Source: Candidatus Kapaibacterium sp.
GTDB taxonomy: Bacteria > Bacteroidota > Ignavibacteria > Kapaibacteriales > UBA2268
Reading direction: 5' to 3'
DNA: 64,000 bases
Assembly (NCBI GenBank): GCA_963665665.1
Contig: OY762428.1
Span: 2,144,001-2,208,000 of the forward strand
The notes under the pieces are model-generated. The model saw only the letters and a list, made by a program, of their open reading frames with translations, made no database searches and was not told where the DNA came from. The position numbers and the translations under genes were made by a program. Position 1 is the first letter of the stretch; every line of letters starts with the position of its first letter. Positions 51,634 through 62,017 of this stretch are shown here, one piece after another.

Positions 51634-53649
51634 ATGACACTGGAAGAATTCAGAAATGATATACAGCAGGGTATCCCCGATACACTTCCGGCTCCGAAAC
51701 CACGCGATCCGGAAATAAGCCATGCCCCGATAAGAAAAGACATCCTGACAGCAGATGAAAAAAAACTGGCATTAAAAAATGCTTTAAGATATTTTGATGA
51801 AAAGCACCATGCCGAACTGGCTCCCGAATTTGCTGAAGAACTAAGGAAATACGGCAGAATTTACATGTACCGCTTCAGGCCGGAATATAAAATTACAGCC
51901 AGGAGTATTAACGATTTTCCGCATAAATCCCGCCAGGCAGCAGCCATTATGCTTATGATGAGCAATAACCTGGATTATGCCGTTGCACAGCACCCGCATG
52001 AACTTATAACCTACGGGGGCAACGGCGCTGTTTTCCAGAACTGGGCGCAGTACAGGATAACAATGAAATACCTTTCGGAAATGACTGACGAGCAGACTTT
52101 GGTAATGTATTCCGGCCATCCTCTCGGGGTATTCCCTTCGCATAAAGACGCTCCCCGGGTTGTTGTTACCAATGGTATGGTAATACCCAATTATTCAAGC
52201 CAGGATGACTGGGAAAGAATGAATGCTCTCGGCGTTTCGCAGTACGGGCAGATGACTGCCGGTTCTTTCATGTATATAGGCCCGCAGGGAATCGTACACG
52301 GAACAACAATCACTGTACTGAATGCCGGAAGGCTTCACAGCGGCGGTGAGCTTGCCGGAAAAGTATTTGTTACATCAGGCCTTGGCGGAATGAGCGGAGC
52401 ACAGGCTAAAGCTTCCGTTATTGCCGGAGCTATTGGCGTAATCGCTGAAATCAATCCTAAAGCTATTTATAAAAGGCACGAACAAGGCTGGCTGGACGAG
52501 GTTTATACTGACCTTGACGAACTCATTGCCAGAATTCAAAAAGCGCGCGACGGCAAAGAAGCTGTTTCGCTTGGCTATCTTGGCAATATAGTTGACCTTT
52601 GGGAAAAATTTGCAGCCGACAAGGTGAAAGTCGAACTCGGTTCGGACCAGACTTCTCTTCATAATCCCTGGGCCGGCGGGTATTATCCGGTTGGGGTTGG
52701 TTTTGAAGAAGCCCAGGCAATGATGGCCGACGAACCGGAAAAATTCAAAGAATTGGTTCGCGAATCGCTGCGCAGGCAGGTTGCAGCTATAAATATTCTG
52801 ACAGAAAATGGCATGTATTTCTGGGATTATGGAAATGCATTCCTCCTGGAAGCAGGCAGGGCTGGCGCCGATGTAATGAAAGGCGACAGCGACAAGTTCC
52901 GTTATCCTTCCTACGTGGAAGATATTATGGGCCCGATGTGCTTTGATTACGGCTTTGGCCCCTTCCGCTGGGTATGTACGTCATCGGATCCGGCTGACTT
53001 ACAGAAAACAGATAAAATAGCAGCTGAAGTTCTCAGTGAAATGATCAAGACTTCTCCTGAAGAAATCCAGCAGCAACTGGCTGATAACCTTCGCTGGATT
53101 CAGCAGGCAGGCGAAAATAAAATGGTTGTCGGTTCGCAGGCAAGAATACTTTATGCCGATGCCGAAGGCAGAATTAAGATTGCAGAAGCTTTCAACAATG
53201 CAATTAAAAATGGCGAACTGACAGCTCCGGTTGTTCTCGGACGCGACCACCACGATGTTTCAGGAACAGACTCTCCCTACCGCGAAACAGCGAATATTTA
53301 CGACGGCTCGATGTTCTGCGCTGATATGGCTATCCATAACGTAATCGGCGACTCATTCCGCGGCGCAACATGGGTTTCAATCCACAACGGCGGCGGTGTT
53401 GGCTGGGGTGAAGTTATCAACGGCGGCTTCGGTATGGTTCTGGACGGAACTGAGGATGCCGACCGCAGGCTTCGCCAGATGCTTTTCTGGGATGTGAACA
53501 ACGGTATAGCGAGAAGAAGCTGGGCCCGCAACAAGGAGGCTATGTTTGCTATCCGCCGCGAGATGGAAAGAACTCCCGGCCTGAATGTTACCGTTCCGAG
53601 TGTTGCCGATGATGATATAATCGCCAAGGCTTTTAACGATACTTTCTGA
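51634..53649 (+). CDS. hutU: Urocanate hydratase (long form)
   Basis: YGQMTAGS, IGPQGIVHGT, GLGGMSGAQ, SDQTSLHN, GRDHHD, HNGGGVGWG. Confidence 0.96.
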   Translation: MTLEEFRNDIQQGIPDTLPAPKPRDPEISHAPIRKDILTADEKKLALKNALRYFDEKHHAELAPEFAEELRKYGRIYMYRFRPEYKITARSINDFPHKSRQAAAIMLMMSNNLDYAVAQHPHELITYGGNGAVFQNWAQYRITMKYLSEMTDEQTLVMYSGHPLGVFPSHKDAPRVVVTNGMVIPNYSSQDDWERMNALGVSQYGQMTAGSFMYIGPQGIVHGTTITVLNAGRLHSGGELAGKVFVTSGLGGMSGAQAKASVIAGAIGVIAEINPKAIYKRHEQGWLDEVYTDLDELIARIQKARDGKEAVSLGYLGNIVDLWEKFAADKVKVELGSDQTSLHNPWAGGYYPVGVGFEEAQAMMADEPEKFKELVRESLRRQVAAINILTENGMYFWDYGNAFLLEAGRAGADVMKGDSDKFRYPSYVEDIMGPMCFDYGFGPFRWVCTSSDPADLQKTDKIAAEVLSEMIKTSPEEIQQQLADNLRWIQQAGENKMVVGSQARILYADAEGRIKIAEAFNNAIKNGELTAPVVLGRDHHDVSGTDSPYRETANIYDGSMFCADMAIHNVIGDSFRGATWVSIHNGGGVGWGEVINGGFGMVLDGTEDADRRLRQMLFWDVNNGIARRSWARNKEAMFAIRREMERTPGLNVTVPSVADDDIIAKAFNDTF

Positions 53650-53675
53650 TTTGAATATTATTGTATTTGATATTT

Positions 53676-53702
53676 ACGGGCGACATTTTTGTCGCCCGTT
53701 TT
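53676..53702. terminator. Terminator between convergent hutU and lysS
   Basis: ACGGGCGACA-tttt-TGTCGCCCGT. Confidence 0.7.
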
Positions 53703-53779
53703 GAATTAACAATTTTTTAAAATACTATAAATAATTTGTGGCTATAACTTAAAGTCATCGGATTAATCAAAAAAAGGCA

Positions 53780-55306
53780 TTATTCCTCATCAGCTTTTTT
53801 CAGTGCTTCCGGCCTCATCTGCGGGAAGAAGAGTACGTCACGGATGGACGTTTCGCCGGTCAGGAACATAACCAGCCTGTCGATTCCGATACCAAGGCCT
53901 GCCGTGGGAGGCATACCTGTTTCGATAGCATATAGGAAATCATTATCAAGAACCATGGCCTCGTCGTCGCCGGCAGCACGAATCTTTGACTGTTCCTCAA
54001 GCCTTGCACGCTGGTCAACGGGGTCGTTCAGCTCGGTAAAGGCATTTGCCATTTCTGCGCCATTGATAAATAACTCGAATCTTTCAACAAGGCCTTCCTC
54101 GCTGCGGTGCATTTTTGCCAGTGGAGATATCTCCACCGGGTAGTCAATCACAAATGTTGGCTGAATAAGGTTTTTCTCAACTTTCTCGCCGAATATTTCA
54201 TCCAGAATTTTTGAATGGCTGGCATCTTTATCAACATCCACTTCAAGTTCTTTTGCTACTGCAAGCAGATCGTCACGGTTCATTCCGCGAAGGTCCTTGC
54301 CGGTATATTCTTTAAAGAGTTCAAACATTGGTGCGCGGCGGAACGGTTGGGAAATATCTATTTCCTTGCCGTCGTATTCAACCGTGGTGCTTCCGTTTAC
54401 TGTTTCCGCGACTGTACGGATAAGGTTCTCTGTCATATCCATCATCCAGTTGTAATCTTTATAAGCCACGTAAACTTCCATTGCCGTGAATTCCGGGTTA
54501 TGGGTTTTATCCATTCCCTCGTTACGGAAGTTTTTGCTGATTTCGTAAACACCCTCGAATCCGCCCACGATTAGCCTTTTCAGATATAATTCGTCGGCAA
54601 TTCTCATATAAAGAGGAATATCCAGCGCGTTGTGGTGTGTTACGAAGGGCCTTGCAGAAGCGCCGCCATAAATTGGCTGCAGGATTGGAGTTTCAACTTC
54701 CAGCCATCCTTTGTCATCGAAATGCCTGCGAATAGTTGAAATTATTTTTGCCCTTTTAACGAATGTATCCTTTATCTCAGGATTAACAATAAGATCAATA
54801 TAACGGCGGCGGTATCGCAGTTCTTTATCAGCGAATGCGTCGTGAACAATTTTGTTGCCCTGCTCATCGGTTTCTTCCTTTGCAATCGGAAGAGGTTTAA
54901 GTGATTTGCAAAGGATTTGCACATCCTGCGCATGCACTGATATTTCGCCCATTTTGGTACGGAAACCGAATCCTTTCACCCCGATAATATCACCAATATC
55001 AAGTTTTTTCAGGTGATTATAGAAATCCGGCAATTCGTTTTTCCTAAGGTAAAGCTGTATTTTGCCTGTCTGATCCTGAATATGAACAAAACTGGCTTTC
55101 CCCATTCGGCGAATACTCATTATACGTCCGGCAATTGCTACTTCAGCAAATTCCTCCGGATTGTCATCTTTGTAATTATTTTTAATTTCTAAAGCGTCAT
55201 GGGTTTTATTAAATTCATAGGGATAGGGATTTATTCCTGCCTCGCGAAGTAATTTCAGTTCTTCAAGCCTTCTTAATTCCTGATCATTTAGTTGCTTGTT
55301 GTCCAT
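53780..55306 (-). CDS. lysS: Lysyl-tRNA synthetase (class II)
   Basis: OB-fold [12 protein letters not shown]; [32 protein letters not shown]. Confidence 0.98.
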   Translation of the reverse strand: MDNKQLNDQELRRLEELKLLREAGINPYPYEFNKTHDALEIKNNYKDDNPEEFAEVAIAGRIMSIRRMGKASFVHIQDQTGKIQLYLRKNELPDFYNHLKKLDIGDIIGVKGFGFRTKMGEISVHAQDVQILCKSLKPLPIAKEETDEQGNKIVHDAFADKELRYRRRYIDLIVNPEIKDTFVKRAKIISTIRRHFDDKGWLEVETPILQPIYGGASARPFVTHHNALDIPLYMRIADELYLKRLIVGGFEGVYEISKNFRNEGMDKTHNPEFTAMEVYVAYKDYNWMMDMTENLIRTVAETVNGSTTVEYDGKEIDISQPFRRAPMFELFKEYTGKDLRGMNRDDLLAVAKELEVDVDKDASHSKILDEIFGEKVEKNLIQPTFVIDYPVEISPLAKMHRSEEGLVERFELFINGAEMANAFTELNDPVDQRARLEEQSKIRAAGDDEAMVLDNDFLYAIETGMPPTAGLGIGIDRLVMFLTGETSIRDVLFFPQMRPEALKKADEE

Positions 55307-55479
55307 ATTCTTTTCATATTAAATAATTTAACATCAACAATCTTCAAAATTAGTGATAATTAAGGAAAATGAAACATTTATTTTGGTTTTTTCAAAAAAT
55401 TAGTTTATATTTTTTATCTAAGCTAAGTAAATTTTAGACTTAGTGTATTAAATTTGTACTATATATATGGAAAGTATTC

Positions 55480-56064
55480 TTGAAGCTTACTTTTTACGCA
55501 CATTTTCCCGGAGGCGGCGGCCGCGTTCCGAGGAAAGAAAATCAACGCCGCCAAAAGATCAATCATGAAATCAGGGCAAAAGAAGTCCGTGTTGTTGAAG
55601 CTGACGGTAAGATGATCGGTATTATGACCCTGTCCTCAGCTTTGAAAAAAGCTCTTGAGCAGGAACTCGACCTTGTGGAAATTGCACCCAAAGCGAATCC
55701 GCCCGTATGTAAAATCATTGATTACGGAAAATTTGCCTACGAGCAGCAAAAAAGGGAAAAAGCACAACGCAAGCAGCAGCAGCAGCAGCAAATGAAGGAG
55801 ATCCGGTTCAAGTGGCGTACCCAGACGCATGATTTCAACTTCAAGGTTCGCCATGCCAAAGACTTTCTTGAAGCAGGCAATAAAGTTAAGGGCAGCGTGA
55901 TGTTCCGTGGCCGCGAGATAACTCACAAGGAAATCGGTAAAGAATTATTAAAGAAATTTGTTGAAGACCTTGCCGATGTTTCCAAGGTTGATTCGCCTAT
56001 TCGGGCCGAGGGCAGATCCATTACTGTTGTACTGGCCCCGGCAAAAACCAAAAAGAAGAAATAA
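55480..56064 (+). CDS. infC: Translation initiation factor IF-3 (non-AUG start, exact start uncertain)
   Basis: INHEIRAKEVRV, LDLVEIAP, CKIIDYGK, KEIRF, FRGRE. Confidence 0.95.
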   Translation: MKLTFYAHFPGGGGRVPRKENQRRQKINHEIRAKEVRVVEADGKMIGIMTLSSALKKALEQELDLVEIAPKANPPVCKIIDYGKFAYEQQKREKAQRKQQQQQQMKEIRFKWRTQTHDFNFKVRHAKDFLEAGNKVKGSVMFRGREITHKEIGKELLKKFVEDLADVSKVDSPIRAEGRSITVVLAPAKTKKKK

Positions 56065-56164
56065 TCAAAAACTTCTTTGTTATTATTATAAAAATTCCTA
56101 ACTTGCGAATTCCTAAACTTCGCGTTAGGAATTTTTGTTTGTTTAATTAGTCTGGAATAGTGAT

Positions 56165-56362
56165 ATGCCTAAAATGAAAACAAACTGTTCCGCGAAAAAA
56201 AGGTTCAAAAAAACCGGCAGCGGAAAGTTTAAAAGGGAAAAAGCCTATTCGGCTCATATCCTGACTAAGAAGAACCGTAAAAGGAAAAGAAATCTTAAAA
56301 AAGCCACTCTTGTTGATGAAACAAACATGAAGATGGTTAAGAAACTTCTTTGCCAGGGTTAA
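56165..56362 (+). CDS. rpmI: 50S ribosomal protein L35
   Basis: MPKMKT...[12 protein letters not shown]...HILTKK. Confidence 0.97.
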   Translation: MPKMKTNCSAKKRFKKTGSGKFKREKAYSAHILTKKNRKRKRNLKKATLVDETNMKMVKKLLCQG

Positions 56363-56488
56363 TACCTTATGGTTCCTCGTGTCAGCAGTTTGATCATTGA
56401 TAGCCGCAAAAGCGGCAGAATTTAACAAAGGCAAAAGGGGCAAGCGATCTCCCCCCAAGCCGCTTCTAAGAAAAATTCGGAGTAGATA

Positions 56489-56836
56489 ATGCCAAGAGCA
56501 AAAAACAAAGTAGCATCGCACCGCAGACGTAAAAAGTTTCTGAAGTTAGCCAAAGGCTATTGGGGTGCGAGAAAAAATGTCTGGACTGTTGCAAAAAATC
56601 ACATTGAAAAAGGTTTGCAGCACGCCTATGTAGGACGTAAACTGAAAAAACGCAGCTTCAGAAGATTGTGGATTATCAGAATTAACGCCGCTGCCAGAAT
56701 GAACGGAACAACTTATTCTAAATTCATGCACGCGTTGAAAATGAAAAATATCATGATCAACCGCAAGGTACTTGCAGACCTCGCGATGAACCAGCCTGAT
56801 GTTTTCAAGAACATCGTTAACCAGGCAATGAAATAA
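56489..56836 (+). CDS. rplT: 50S ribosomal protein L20
   Basis: [36 protein letters not shown]. Confidence 0.98.
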   Translation: MPRAKNKVASHRRRKKFLKLAKGYWGARKNVWTVAKNHIEKGLQHAYVGRKLKKRSFRRLWIIRINAAARMNGTTYSKFMHALKMKNIMINRKVLADLAMNQPDVFKNIVNQAMK

Positions 56837-56859
56837 AAATCATAGATTTGATTTCGATT

Positions 56860-56887
56860 AAAGGCGCTTATAAAAGCGCCTTTTTTG
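56860..56887 (+). terminator. Intrinsic terminator after rplT
   Basis: AAAGGCGCTT-ataa-AAGCGCCTTT followed by a T run. Confidence 0.8.
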
Positions 56888-57091
56888 TTTTTATTTGGCA
56901 AACAACCCAAACTTTCCCGTAAAATAATACCGGCAATCCGATTGGCCGTGCCGGAAATAAAAATGCCTGTCTGGCCGGGAGTATTTCCGGCAGAGTGGGC
57001 AACAGAACGAAGGCCGGGTATTTCAGATATTTCCCGAAGAAGGATCAGGAATAGTAAAATGTATATCGGAAATAACAAAACTACAGCATTA

Positions 57092-57460
57092 TAAATTTTA
57101 TTGCCTTATGCAATGTTATTATTAAGTATGATTGCAGATTGATATTTGAACATAATAGATTTTTTGTTTAACTTGATTACTTGAATATTGATTATATTTC
57201 TTACAAGTTGTTATGGATGATTCACTATTTACATTAATCCCAAAACGTGTGGATTACAGTGCTTTTTGGGTAGAGATCCGCAAACGCAAGTTTTGTGTGT
57301 GAGCCTAAATTTTATTGCCTTATGCAATGTTATTATTAAGTATGATTGCAGATTGATATGAACATAATAGATTTTTTGTTTAACTTGATTACTTGAGTAC
57401 AAGTTGTTATGGATGATTCACTAACATTAATCCCAAAACGTGTGGATTACAAGCAAACGT
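57092..57460. repeat. Tandem duplication (~214-bp period) of the promoter and 5' end of the downstream kinase gene
   Basis: TAAATTTTATTGCCTTATGCAATG... begins at 57092 and 57306; the second copy has several internal deletions. Confidence 0.9.
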
Positions 57461-58837
57461 AACCTATGGCTTATTTATCTTCGCTACGGGGCATTTGTTT
57501 TGCTTGCCACTTTAATTTCAGGCCTTATGTTTGTTGATACTTTGAATTCGGGCATTTATGTAGAAACATTTCCTTTGTGGATTATTGCAGTTTCAATATT
57601 TTCTTATAATATTGTATTCCAAAGATTCTGGAAACATCTTTACAAAACACGAAACTGGGAATTGGAAGAGAGCGCCGAATACAGGCGAAGAGGATTTCGA
57701 TCCATGCATTTTGCCCTTATACAGATCTGTACGGACTTTATTGCCTTACTTCTCTTTATATATTTTACCGGTGGTGTGGAAACCCCCCTGTATTTTTTCT
57801 TTATTTTCCACGCTATAATTGGCAGCCTGCTTTTGCCCGGATCCGTAATGAGCGCCATAATTACAGGAACTGTTTTTGTAACTGTTATTGGTGCAGTTCT
57901 CGAGGCCAACGGATTGATCCCGCATCACGCGATAGAAGGATTGCTGCCGGTTCCGCTTTATAATCACAATGTTTATCTTATTATGTATTTTTCTTTTTAC
58001 GTGATAACAATATACCTGAGTATTTATCTGACTAACTCAATTGCTCGCGAACTTTATAACAAACAGAAATCTCTCACTCTTGCATATCGCAGCCTGGAAG
58101 AAGCAAAAGTTTCAAAACAAAGATATGTGATGTCCGTGGTTCATGACCTGAAAACCCCGATTGCAGCAGTTATTACTTACATATCGATGCTCCTTGAAGG
58201 TACATACGGAAATCTGGCAGAAGAATTAAAGCGGCCTCTTGTCAGATCGAAGAAAAGACTTGACAGCGCAATAAATACAATCAATAATATTTTATATATT
58301 TCACAATTAAAGCTGCAAAGTAAAATCGATGAATTGACAGACATTGACCTGGGGCAATTACTTGAAGAAATATATTCTGAAATGGCTATACTTATTAAAT
58401 CAAAGCAAATAGAATATTCCTTCGAGTGCCCGGAAAACCATACTGTTGTGATGAAAGCAGAACGCAAGCTGATGAAACTTGCCCTTTCGAACATGGTTTC
58501 AAATGCATATAAATATACCGAAGCAGGAGGCCGGATAAAAGTGGCGATCTATGATGATGAAAATTCAATTCAACTATTGTTTGCTGATAGCGGTATAGGT
58601 ATTCCCGAAAACGAAAAGAACAAAATATTTCAGGATTTTTACCGCTCAAGTATATCAAAAAGCAAAGGTATAGAGGGCACCGGGCTTGGAATTTCAATTG
58701 TGGTAGAGGTAATAGAAAGATATCGTGGAAAAATCGAGATCAAATCTCCTTCAGGGCTGTCGATGGGAGAAAACAAACCCGGAACCGAGTTTTTAATTAA
58801 ATTTCCCAAGGCTAAAAAATTAAATAAAAAAGCATGA
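57440..58837 (+). CDS. Membrane sensor histidine kinase (true N-terminus probably in the upstream duplicate copy)
   Basis: TM helices with FTGGVETP; HDLKTP, NAYKYT, DSGIG, GTGLG. Confidence 0.87.
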   Translation: MWITSKRNLWLIYLRYGAFVLLATLISGLMFVDTLNSGIYVETFPLWIIAVSIFSYNIVFQRFWKHLYKTRNWELEESAEYRRRGFRSMHFALIQICTDFIALLLFIYFTGGVETPLYFFFIFHAIIGSLLLPGSVMSAIITGTVFVTVIGAVLEANGLIPHHAIEGLLPVPLYNHNVYLIMYFSFYVITIYLSIYLTNSIARELYNKQKSLTLAYRSLEEAKVSKQRYVMSVVHDLKTPIAAVITYISMLLEGTYGNLAEELKRPLVRSKKRLDSAINTINNILYISQLKLQSKIDELTDIDLGQLLEEIYSEMAILIKSKQIEYSFECPENHTVVMKAERKLMKLALSNMVSNAYKYTEAGGRIKVAIYDDENSIQLLFADSGIGIPENEKNKIFQDFYRSSISKSKGIEGTGLGISIVVEVIERYRGKIEIKSPSGLSMGENKPGTEFLIKFPKAKKLNKKA

Positions 58838-58908
58838 TCCGAACAAAATTATTTTTAAAAAAGTCGAATTATTTTAAAATAGTTCTTGCAGAATATTTTA
58901 AATAGTCA

Positions 58909-58916
58909 TATATTTG
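58909..58916 (+). promoter_or_regulatory. Bacteroidota-type -7 promoter element upstream of the tRNA
   Basis: TATATTTG fits TAnnTTTG, 15 nt before tRNA-Thr. Confidence 0.5.
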
Positions 58917-58931
58917 TATTCGTTCTTTCAG

Positions 58932-59004
58932 GCCACAATAGCTCAGTTGGTAGAGCAGCTGATTTGTAATCAGCAGGCCGGCGGTTCGAGTCCGTCTTGT
59001 GGCT
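58932..59004 (+). tRNA. tRNA-Thr(UGU)
   Basis: Acceptor stem GCCACAA/TTGTGGC; D-arm AGCTCAGTTGGTAGAGC; anticodon arm GCTGA-TT TGT AA-TCAGC; GGTTCGAGTCC T-loop; CCA not encoded. Confidence 0.97.
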
Positions 59005-59009
59005 CAAAC

Positions 59010-59041
59010 AAAAGCTGTTTCATCTTTGAAACGGCTTTTTT
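59010..59041. terminator. Terminator after tRNA-Thr
   Basis: AAAAGCTGTTTCA-tctt-TGAAACGGCTTTT. Confidence 0.75.
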
Positions 59042-59160
59042 GTGTTTTGTTTGTAAGCCTTCCTGATAATGAAAATATTTAAGAAAGTATAAACAAAATT
59101 TGCTGAACCGGATTGAAGAGAAAATGCCGAATCTCTTTCTTCAATATTTGGGATTGCCCC

Positions 59161-60657
59161 CTACTTCACATAAATTATCTTGCCGGATGCGGTTCCGGCG
59201 CCGGATTTTATTTTGTAATAGTAAACACCCGAGGGCAGGTTTTCGGGTTTGAATGTTACTTTGTTATTTCCGGCATTCATAAACTCTTTAACCGACATCA
59301 GTATATTGCCCGGCTCGTCAAAAACTTCGACTGTTACTTCCCCGGCTGCTTCCAATGTGAAGTTGATATCAGTGGAACTGTAGAAAGGATTGGGGCTAGC
59401 AGAGGATGTTATATTCTGTACCGTCGGTTCGGGCTCGGGCACGATCTTACCCCATTCTATTTCTATTTTGCTAAAATTATTAACTGCAAAAAAGTTTCCG
59501 TAATCATCCTCGAATTCAAATTTATTTGGGGACCGTTGTTCTTCCCATGTATTAATTGCTTTATATTCATAAATGAAAGTTGTTAGCTTATTATCCTTGT
59601 TATATTCTTTTTTTTCTCGTTCCTTTTCTATCAATCCATCTCTGCTCCAAACAGAAGTAATTTTGGAGCAATGATTATTTCTTTCATCATATTCATTTAC
59701 TATTTTTTCCTTGATACACCATTCTTGATTTCTCCAATTCCATGTTTTATGTAATTTTTCGATTAAGTTAATATTATCATCATATTTATATTGTATGCTG
59801 TCAACTCCCTTGCCATCCTGATAACTCTCAAGTAATCCTTTAAGTTCAGTAATTAAATTAAATTTATCATCATAAATATAAGTAACTTTCTCATCAAACC
59901 AATCATTCAAATTGAAATCAATAATTTTAATATTAATTTTTCCATATTGGTTGTATGAATAATATATATCACAATTTTCTGAAGCTGATGTATCTTTCTC
60001 AAAAATTTTGCGATTTAAAGAATCATATTTATATGATTTTTTGTGATTAAATTCCCATTTAGCATCATTATAACTTTCAAGTAAATCTGAAATTTTATTT
60101 CCCTGATTATCATAAACAATAGTATTTTTCCATTCAAGAAGCAGATTATTGATCCCATAGGGGTATTCTTTCAATAGTTTACTATTGATTCGATTATCCT
60201 TGTCGTATGAAAAAATGACAGACTTTACAGTAATCCAGTTTCCTTTTTTCAGCTCCTTATAATCCCATTTCAGAACTTTGCCTTTGTCATCATAAGTAAT
60301 AACCATCCTGTTCAATTCTTCCCACTTATCATTATTGAGAACTAATTTGGAAGCGCTTACAATCTTATTATTCCGGTTATAAGTAAAAAACAGTTTTGAT
60401 GACAATTCGGAAGTTCGATATATATTTATAGAATTAATGCCAATTGAATCTGAATTGCTATTTTCTGTTTTACTATTTTCTGAAGTTTCCGTATTTACTA
60501 TAAAATACATATTAGCCGATTGCCAAAAATATCCATTCCACTTTAGTACTCCAAATTCCAGATTGTCTTCCAGGATTATCTCTTTATTATGGTTGATGGC
60601 AAATAATGAGCAGCTAAATGTAAAAAGCAGGATAATGACAGGCAGGTAAATTTTCAT
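59161..60657 (-). CDS. T9SS-secreted repeat protein (YD-like / DUF3836-like repeats)
   Basis: Signal peptide; repeated (T/S/K/E)YD-x2-G/N...W motifs; CTD SPNPF...LPSGVYYY...GKIIYVK. Confidence 0.78.
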   Translation of the reverse strand: MKIYLPVIILLFTFSCSLFAINHNKEIILEDNLEFGVLKWNGYFWQSANMYFIVNTETSENSKTENSNSDSIGINSINIYRTSELSSKLFFTYNRNNKIVSASKLVLNNDKWEELNRMVITYDDKGKVLKWDYKELKKGNWITVKSVIFSYDKDNRINSKLLKEYPYGINNLLLEWKNTIVYDNQGNKISDLLESYNDAKWEFNHKKSYKYDSLNRKIFEKDTSASENCDIYYSYNQYGKINIKIIDFNLNDWFDEKVTYIYDDKFNLITELKGLLESYQDGKGVDSIQYKYDDNINLIEKLHKTWNWRNQEWCIKEKIVNEYDERNNHCSKITSVWSRDGLIEKEREKKEYNKDNKLTTFIYEYKAINTWEEQRSPNKFEFEDDYGNFFAVNNFSKIEIEWGKIVPEPEPTVQNITSSASPNPFYSSTDINFTLEAAGEVTVEVFDEPGNILMSVKEFMNAGNNKVTFKPENLPSGVYYYKIKSGAGTASGKIIYVK

Positions 60658-60844
60658 TTTCTTTCCGGTTAACTAATAAATCCTCTGATGCCTGTAATTT
60701 AATAATGGTTTTGCTTTCTAACAAATGGAAATCAGATAAATATTTCAAGGCATAAGGCTGCAAAATACATAAATGTATTATTTTCGGGCTAATTTGATTA
60801 TTTTTGTAGTCAGTATGATTTTACATTTTTTATGAAAGCCGGCA

Positions 60845-62017
60845 ATGCAATACGGAAGAATTCAACTCGACAGGATAAAACTACAGGCAAAAGAAGTAAA
60901 AGAAAATAAAGACGGTATCCTTTACCTTGTTTCTACTCCCATTGGAAATGACGACGATATAACACTCAGGGCGCTGAATATATTAAATTCCTGCGACCTT
61001 GTGGTTTGTGAGGAAATCAAGGTCGGGGCGAAAATCCTGCACAGCTATAAAATATCCAAACCGCTCGAAGAACTGAACGAGCAGAATGAAGATATTATGG
61101 CTTTCACTGTTATAGATATGGTAAAATCCGGCAAAAAGATTGCCCTGATATCCGATTGCGGAACACCTGTTTTCGAGGATCCTGGCGCTTTCCTGGTGAA
61201 ACAGGCCCTGCAGAGGGAACTTGACGTCCGCGTAATTCCCGGCGTAACAAGTATTATGACCGCACTGGTTCGCAGCGGTTTCGACATCAAACGTTTCCTT
61301 TATGCCGGTTTCCTTAGCCGCAAACCCGAAGAACGACTGAAAGAACTCGGAATTCTTTCCCGCGAACGCCGCACTGTTTGTCTGCTGGAAACTCCCTACA
61401 GACTGATGCCCGTACTTGAAGCCGCAGCGGAAGTAATGCCGGACCGACAGGCATATCTCGGAGCAAACCTAACCATGCACTACGAAACCCACCACTACGG
61501 AACATTCAAAGAACTGTTTGAAAAATTCCAGGATAAAAAATTCAAGGGCGAATTCGTTATCTGCTTCGAGCAGAATCGTATTGACCGAGGCGGCAGATTC
61601 AGCAACAGGGGCAGGAAAGATTACGACAGGAAAGCCCCCGGCAGAGACAGGTACGACTCTCCGAAGAAAAGATTCGGCGGAAAGCCCGGAAAGCCTTACA
61701 ATAAGGACAGACGCTTCAGGAACGACGACAGGCGGAATGATGATAACGAAGGCGGATGGGAGAAAAGATTCAAAAGAAAAGATAATGACCGCCGTGATTC
61801 CGGCAAACGCGATTTCGGACGCGGAGATTCAGGCAGGAGGGATTATAATAAGAAAGATTTTAGCAGGAATGATTCGGGTAGAAGAGACTTTGACAAGAGA
61901 GAATTTGGCAGAAAAGACTTTGACAGGAAAGATTCCGGAAAGAAAGACTCCGGCAAACGTGATTTCGGACCACGTAACTTCGGAAGGAAACCGAGGGGCG
62001 GCGGAGAAGACAGTTAA
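60845..62017 (+). CDS. rsmI: 16S rRNA (cytidine1402-2'-O)-methyltransferase with a long low-complexity C-terminal tail
   Basis: LYLVSTPIGN..DITLRA, ALISDCGTP..DPG, IPG, GFL, ETPYRL, KGEFV. Confidence 0.92.
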   Translation: MQYGRIQLDRIKLQAKEVKENKDGILYLVSTPIGNDDDITLRALNILNSCDLVVCEEIKVGAKILHSYKISKPLEELNEQNEDIMAFTVIDMVKSGKKIALISDCGTPVFEDPGAFLVKQALQRELDVRVIPGVTSIMTALVRSGFDIKRFLYAGFLSRKPEERLKELGILSRERRTVCLLETPYRLMPVLEAAAEVMPDRQAYLGANLTMHYETHHYGTFKELFEKFQDKKFKGEFVICFEQNRIDRGGRFSNRGRKDYDRKAPGRDRYDSPKKRFGGKPGKPYNKDRRFRNDDRRNDDNEGGWEKRFKRKDNDRRDSGKRDFGRGDSGRRDYNKKDFSRNDSGRRDFDKREFGRKDFDRKDSGKKDSGKRDFGPRNFGRKPRGGGEDS

